A DNA stretch of 64,000 nt from Bacteroidota bacterium. Its GTDB lineage: Bacteria > Bacteroidota > Bacteroidia > Bacteroidales > VadinHA17. The stretch spans positions 1,018 through 65,017 of the forward strand of contig JAAYDB010000001.1 of the NCBI GenBank assembly GCA_012729475.1, given 5' to 3'. Of this stretch, positions 59,805-64,000 are shown in pieces. Every line of letters starts with the position of its first letter. The stretch's first letter is position 1. The position numbers and the translations under genes were made by a program. The notes under the pieces are model-generated. The model was not told where the DNA came from. It searched no databases and worked only from the letters and a program-made list of their open reading frames with translations.

Positions 59805-61541
59805 ATGCAAAAAATAAATGATTTTCTTGTAATGCTTGATGGTTATATCGGAGGCCATCCATGGTTTGTCATTCTTCTACTGGGAACAGGTATTTTTTTT
59901 ACTATATATCTTAAATTCCCTCAAATCAGATATTTCAGGCATGCGATAGATGTAGTTAAAGGGAAGTATGATCACCATCTTGATGTTGGAGATACATCAC
60001 ATTTTCAGGCACTTGCAACAGCATTGTCGGGAACTGTGGGCACTGGGAACATAGCAGGTGTTGCTCTGGCCATTCATCTGGGCGGTCCTGCTGCTCTTTT
60101 CTGGATGCTGATAACTGCTTCCATAGGTATGTGTACTAAATTCGCAGAGGTGTCAATCTCTCATAAATACCGCGATATTCTACCGGATGGCACAGTTTCA
60201 GGCGGACCAATGTATTATATGAAGAAGAGACTGAATATAAAAACAAAAAACGGGAAAATAATCAGGACTGGGGTCTTTATGGGCGGTTTTTTTGCAGCTG
60301 CAACAGTTTTATCTTCTTTTGGGACTGGCAGTTTGCCTCAGATAAACAGTATTTCCAATTCAATATTTACAACTTTTGGAATAGATCATATTATAACTGG
60401 GGCAGTTCTGTCTGTCTTGCTTGCCCTGATCATAATAGGAGGCATAAAGCGTATTGCTAATGTCACCTCAAGACTGGTTCCAACTATGGCGGTTTTCTAT
60501 TTTCTGGGAGCGATTTTTGTTATTATCACTAACTATGAAAATATTATTCCGTCTGTTATTTCACTCTTTTCAACTGTATTTACCGGAACAGCAGCGGTTG
60601 GTGGTTTTATGGGAGCTTCTGTTTCGTACGCTATCAACAGAGGTGTAAACAGAGGGCTTTTTTCCAATGAATCAGGTCAGGGATCAGCTCCTATAGCTCA
60701 TTCAGCAGCCAGAGCTCCTGAACCGGTATCAGAAGGGATGGTGGCCATTCTGGAACCTTTTATTGATACCATTATTATTTGTACCCTTACGGGTCTGACT
60801 ATACTCTCCTCCGGAGTGTGGACAGAAAAAATTGAAAACCAGTTCCAGGATGCAGATATGATCTTCCTGGATCAGGTTTATAATGAAAATATTCCTGAAC
60901 AAAAACAGATGGTCATTGATTTTATCAGGGACGGAAAAGCACTACCTCTCTTTAGTGGTGAACTTACTATAATTGATGGTAAAATACAGAATCCTCTTTC
61001 CCTTGTTTGTTCCAGATCCCTTGCAGAAGATTATACATTTTATGATAATAAATCACCTTATAGCGGACAAATACGGGTTGTGGATGGTAAATGGCAACCT
61101 TCTTCAGCTTCCATGACTATTGTAGGAAAATCACTTATTCACAGTGCTCCTCTCACCACACTCGCATTTGAGCGTAGTTTTTTGGGGAAATGGGGGCGTT
61201 ATATCGTTTCAATAGGTATTTTGTTATTTGCTTTTTCAACAGCAATATCATGGTCATATTACGGAGACAGAGCTTTAACATATCTTGCAGGTCCGCGCTA
61301 TGTAATTTTCTACAGGATTATCTATGTGTTAGCCTTCTTTTTAGCTTCATTTACCGATACAACTATTATTTGGTCACTGTCATATATCACAATAGCCTTT
61401 ATGGCCGTTCCCAATTTGTCAGGTCTGTGGATATTGAGAAAAGAGATAAAGAGTACTATTGCCGAATACTGGATTAATTTTTCAGAGAAATACCCCAAAG
61501 ACAGAATGTCAGAAAAGTTCATTGAAAAAGGGAAGCTTTAA
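59805..61541 (+). CDS. Alanine/glycine:cation symporter (AGCS) family transporter
   Basis: 578 aa polytopic protein with the signature SGTVGTGNIAGVA. A large insert (about residues 345-450) sits between TM bundles. Confidence 0.88.
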   Translation: MQKINDFLVMLDGYIGGHPWFVILLLGTGIFFTIYLKFPQIRYFRHAIDVVKGKYDHHLDVGDTSHFQALATALSGTVGTGNIAGVALAIHLGGPAALFWMLITASIGMCTKFAEVSISHKYRDILPDGTVSGGPMYYMKKRLNIKTKNGKIIRTGVFMGGFFAAATVLSSFGTGSLPQINSISNSIFTTFGIDHIITGAVLSVLLALIIIGGIKRIANVTSRLVPTMAVFYFLGAIFVIITNYENIIPSVISLFSTVFTGTAAVGGFMGASVSYAINRGVNRGLFSNESGQGSAPIAHSAARAPEPVSEGMVAILEPFIDTIIICTLTGLTILSSGVWTEKIENQFQDADMIFLDQVYNENIPEQKQMVIDFIRDGKALPLFSGELTIIDGKIQNPLSLVCSRSLAEDYTFYDNKSPYSGQIRVVDGKWQPSSASMTIVGKSLIHSAPLTTLAFERSFLGKWGRYIVSIGILLFAFSTAISWSYYGDRALTYLAGPRYVIFYRIIYVLAFFLASFTDTTIIWSLSYITIAFMAVPNLSGLWILRKEIKSTIAEYWINFSEKYPKDRMSEKFIEKGKL

Positions 61542-61569
61542 AAAACAGAGATGTTTTATCAAAGCTGTG

Positions 61570-64000
61570 TCATTCAATGATGGAATCATAGAATGTCTGA
61601 AGCAGGTTTGATCTTAAATTGAGCTTAGTGATAAGGTTATTGTCACGTGTGGGAAAAACTCTGTTGCTAAGAAAGATAAAACTCATTTCATATTCTGGAT
61701 CTATCCATACGTAGGTGCCTGTGTAGCCGGTATGACCAAAACTAGAAGGTGATGCACTTCGTGCGGTATTCGATTCCTCCGGAGGGACTTCGGAATTATT
61801 GAAAACAGGTTTGTCAAAACCCAGCCCCCTGCGGTTGTCGTTTTCCGGAAACTGTACCTTTGTATATCTTTCCATTACCTTCCTGCCTATAATCTGTTCT
61901 CCACAATATGCCCCCATCATACGATACATCTCCATTAATTTCATAAGATCGTTGGCCGTGGAGAATAAACCGGCATGTCCGGATATCCCTCCAAGCATCG
62001 CAGCCCCTTCGTCGTGAACTGTACCATGTAATAACTGTTGCCGGAACAAAGAGTCATATTCTGTCGGTATTATTCTTTCAGGAGGATATTTCAAATATGG
62101 ATTGAAGACTATATTTTCTGCACCGATCTTTTGATACACTCCTGATGATATATAATCATACCATTCTTCACCTGATAAATTACCGATTATTTCAGGTATT
62201 AATATAAATCCGAGATCTGAATACAAATATTTCTTTTCCCCGAGAGGTGATTTCCTGATTTCTTTCCTGATTTTTTTTGTGAAAGTCTCCTTAATGTATA
62301 GACCGTGAGCGACGGTCAGAGGATATTTATCTGAATATCCGGAGTTGAAAAACCTTTTTTTAAGCTGCCCGTTTTTTTTTACTGTCATCTTCCAGAAAGG
62401 GATCCATGACATAAATCCTGACTGATGTGTAAGTATTTCTGTCATTTTAAGATCTCCTTTATCAGATCTTCGGAATTCAGGCAGATATGTCGAAAGTTTT
62501 TCATCCGGTGAAAATTTGCCTTCTGTATCAAGTAGCATCAAACCGGGAAGAGTGGCAGCGATCTTTGTTATTGATGCGAGATCAAATAAGTCATCTTTTT
62601 TTACTTCATGTACACTGTCATAAGAATGAAAGCCGTAAGTTTTATGAAAGATCACTATGCCTTTTCTGGCGACCATTATCTCACATCCCGGAAAAGCATT
62701 CAGCTTTAGTGCGTTACAGATGAGCGAGTCAGTTTTTTTTGTTATCAGGAAGGATGACATACCGGCATTTTCGGGGAACCCGTATTGAACTCTGAGCCCC
62801 CCGGGAGTTATTATACCATAATTGTATTGCCATTTGCTGTTTATTGTTACAGGTAATGACCCTCTTGCACCTATAGCGCCAAAAATCAGTTGAGCAGCCA
62901 GATCTTCAGTGTATTCATTTTCCTGGTACGCAAGCACCAATCCTTCTGTTTCTTCCAATGAGTGTATTTTATCCAGTGAATATGGATTTCCAAACCAGGA
63001 AATGATACACTTATGTCCTGAATTAAGGGTGTCGATAAATTTCTTTAACTCAGGGCTTATGCCGAATTGCCTGTTCGGGCGCTGGTCGAGATCATATACT
63101 CCCGCAATAATCAGATCATAACTCCTGAGACTGTCAAGCAAAGCAGCAGACCTGCCGGGATCAGACACATTTATATTATAATGATCAGCAGTTATATATG
63201 ATGCGATCCTCTTTTGAAATGAAGTGATTCCACTTTTATTAACAGCTAAGGTGGCAATTTGCAGTTTATCGGTGTTTCTTACCGGAATAATATTTTGTTT
63301 GTTGTTGAGAAGAGTCAAAGCATTGGCAAAAAGCTCATGTATGAGTGCCTTTATTTCCGGGGAATTAAGATCTTTTCTGATACTTTTTACATCTGCAGGA
63401 CTGCTTTTATGCTGTAGTGACCAGTATTTAAGGGCAAGTATCTTTCTGCATTTCTGATCTATTTCATCTGTTGTTATCCTTTTTAATGAAATATCATTAT
63501 TTATTTCTCTTATTGCTGCCTCTATATCGGGGATATATTCTATAATGTCATTTCCAGCTCTGAATGCTATTGCTTCCGCTTCTCCGGGCTTGTAATATTT
63601 TGTAACGCCTTTCATGTTCATAGCATCGCTTATGACCAGTCCACGGTATCCAAGCTGCTCTTTCAATAATCTCTGGATGATCAGTGGTGAGAGAGAGGCA
63701 GGGAGGTGGTTGACGGTATCAAGAGCAGGCAGATCAAGATGAGCAGTCATAATTATTCCGGCTCCTTCATTTATCAGTTTTCTGAATGGATAGAGTTCAA
63801 CCGAATCAAGCCTTTCCCGTGAATGTCTGATCACCGGCAAATCAGAGTGTGAGTCGGTGTCAGTATCACCATGACCCGGGAAGTGTTTAATAGTACCCAT
63901 GATGCCATAATCAGCCATGGCTTTCATATAAAGAGAGGCTTTTTCAGTTACATTGTCCCTGTTTTCACCGAATGACCTGTAGTTGATGACGGGATTCAAA
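61570..64000 (-). CDS. GH3 (NagZ-like beta-N-acetylhexosaminidase) fused to a C-terminal serine beta-lactamase/PBP-fold domain; N-terminus outside the window
   Basis: It has the GH3 motif KHFPGHGDTDTDSH and the C-terminal SxxK motif (LASITKIAATLPG). The reading frame is still open at position 64000. Confidence 0.85.
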   Translation of the reverse strand, partial: LNPVINYRSFGENRDNVTEKASLYMKAMADYGIMGTIKHFPGHGDTDTDSHSDLPVIRHSRERLDSVELYPFRKLINEGAGIIMTAHLDLPALDTVNHLPASLSPLIIQRLLKEQLGYRGLVISDAMNMKGVTKYYKPGEAEAIAFRAGNDIIEYIPDIEAAIREINNDISLKRITTDEIDQKCRKILALKYWSLQHKSSPADVKSIRKDLNSPEIKALIHELFANALTLLNNKQNIIPVRNTDKLQIATLAVNKSGITSFQKRIASYITADHYNINVSDPGRSAALLDSLRSYDLIIAGVYDLDQRPNRQFGISPELKKFIDTLNSGHKCIISWFGNPYSLDKIHSLEETEGLVLAYQENEYTEDLAAQLIFGAIGARGSLPVTINSKWQYNYGIITPGGLRVQYGFPENAGMSSFLITKKTDSLICNALKLNAFPGCEIMVARKGIVIFHKTYGFHSYDSVHEVKKDDLFDLASITKIAATLPGLMLLDTEGKFSPDEKLSTYLPEFRRSDKGDLKMTEILTHQSGFMSWIPFWKMTVKKNGQLKKRFFNSGYSDKYPLTVAHGLYIKETFTKKIRKEIRKSPLGEKKYLYSDLGFILIPEIIGNLSGEEWYDYISSGVYQKIGAENIVFNPYLKYPPERIIPTEYDSLFRQQLLHGTVHDEGAAMLGGISGHAGLFSTANDLMKLMEMYRMMGAYCGEQIIGRKVMERYTKVQFPENDNRRGLGFDKPVFNNSEVPPEESNTARSASPSSFGHTGYTGTYVWIDPEYEMSFIFLSNRVFPTRDNNLITKLNLRSNLLQTFYDSIIE

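Noticed and set aside
62355-62380. Homopolymer tracts (T7 at 62355-62361 and T9 at 62372-62380, read as A7/A9 on the coding strand) in the GH3/beta-lactamase gene as slipped-strand phase-variation switches
   Set aside because: They encode Lys-rich stretches (KKNGQLKKRF) in an AT-rich genome. They lie mid-gene rather than near the 5' end. Bacteroidota phase variation normally uses invertases. This is most likely compositional.
1-64000. CRISPR arrays, IS elements or transposases, integrases, prophage or defence-island genes, and integration scars at the tRNA-Leu genes
   Set aside because: I noticed no regularly spaced repeats, no recombinase-, transposase- or phage-like ORFs, and no duplicated tRNA 3' fragment. 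Every sizeable ORF has a plausible housekeeping or envelope assignment. The window looks like core chromosome.

Overview
This is a gene-dense, AT-rich chromosomal segment with about 58 CDS and 2 tRNA genes. Gene content and signals point to a Bacteroidota (Bacteroidales-like) genome. Supporting signs: TAnnTTTG-type -7 promoter boxes, almost no Shine-Dalgarno sites, a TamB/TsaD divergent pair, a long-form LepB, a SurA/PpiD/OstA-like envelope cluster, DUF5063 and an Rnf operon.

Gene content in window order:
- exbB-exbD-tonB (tonB is cut by the window edge)
- tamB-like, tsaD, ApbA/PanE-family reductase, orphan SiaC-like (DUF1987) gene
- rseC-rnfBCDGEA followed by a membrane J-domain gene
- recG, a methyltransferase, an ABC ATPase, PduO-type adenosyltransferase, DUF2795
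- OstA-like, surA, two further SurA/PpiD-like chaperones, guaB
- recQ, a lipoprotein glycosidase-like gene, DUF5063, a 3'-5' exonuclease, rlmI, tex
- M28 peptidase, mutS2
- a five-gene cluster: M28-PDZ peptidase, membrane protein, ECF sigma, anti-sigma, DUF4097
- rocD, trmD, ykgJ-like, dapB, lepB
- thrS-infC-rpmI-rplT
- a PKD lipoprotein, an NSS transporter, lysC-lysA
- two tandem tRNA-Leu genes, an AGCS symporter, and a GH3/beta-lactamase-fold fusion cut by the window edge

I see no CRISPR array, transposase, integrase, phage or defence-island genes. This looks like core genome, so I do not claim a new multi-gene system.

The most interesting unannotated signal is regulatory. It lies in front of lysC-lysA and has four parts: a -7 box, a 24-codon Lys-rich mini-ORF, mutually exclusive 1:2, 2:3 and 3:4 hairpins, and a U-tract terminator 15 nt before the lysC ATG. 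Together these form a classical leader-peptide attenuator instead of the lysine riboswitch used elsewhere.

Secondary leads:
- infC has an AUU start behind a rare strong SD.
- A J-domain membrane protein is appended to the Rnf operon.
- A PDZ-M28 peptidase is linked to an ECF sigma/anti-sigma/DUF4097 cluster.
- The DUF5063 and exonuclease genes form an overlapping pair with no canonical start.
- Several perfect inverted or direct repeats sit in promoter regions.

All structure and homology statements come from reading the sequence by eye and need computational confirmation.
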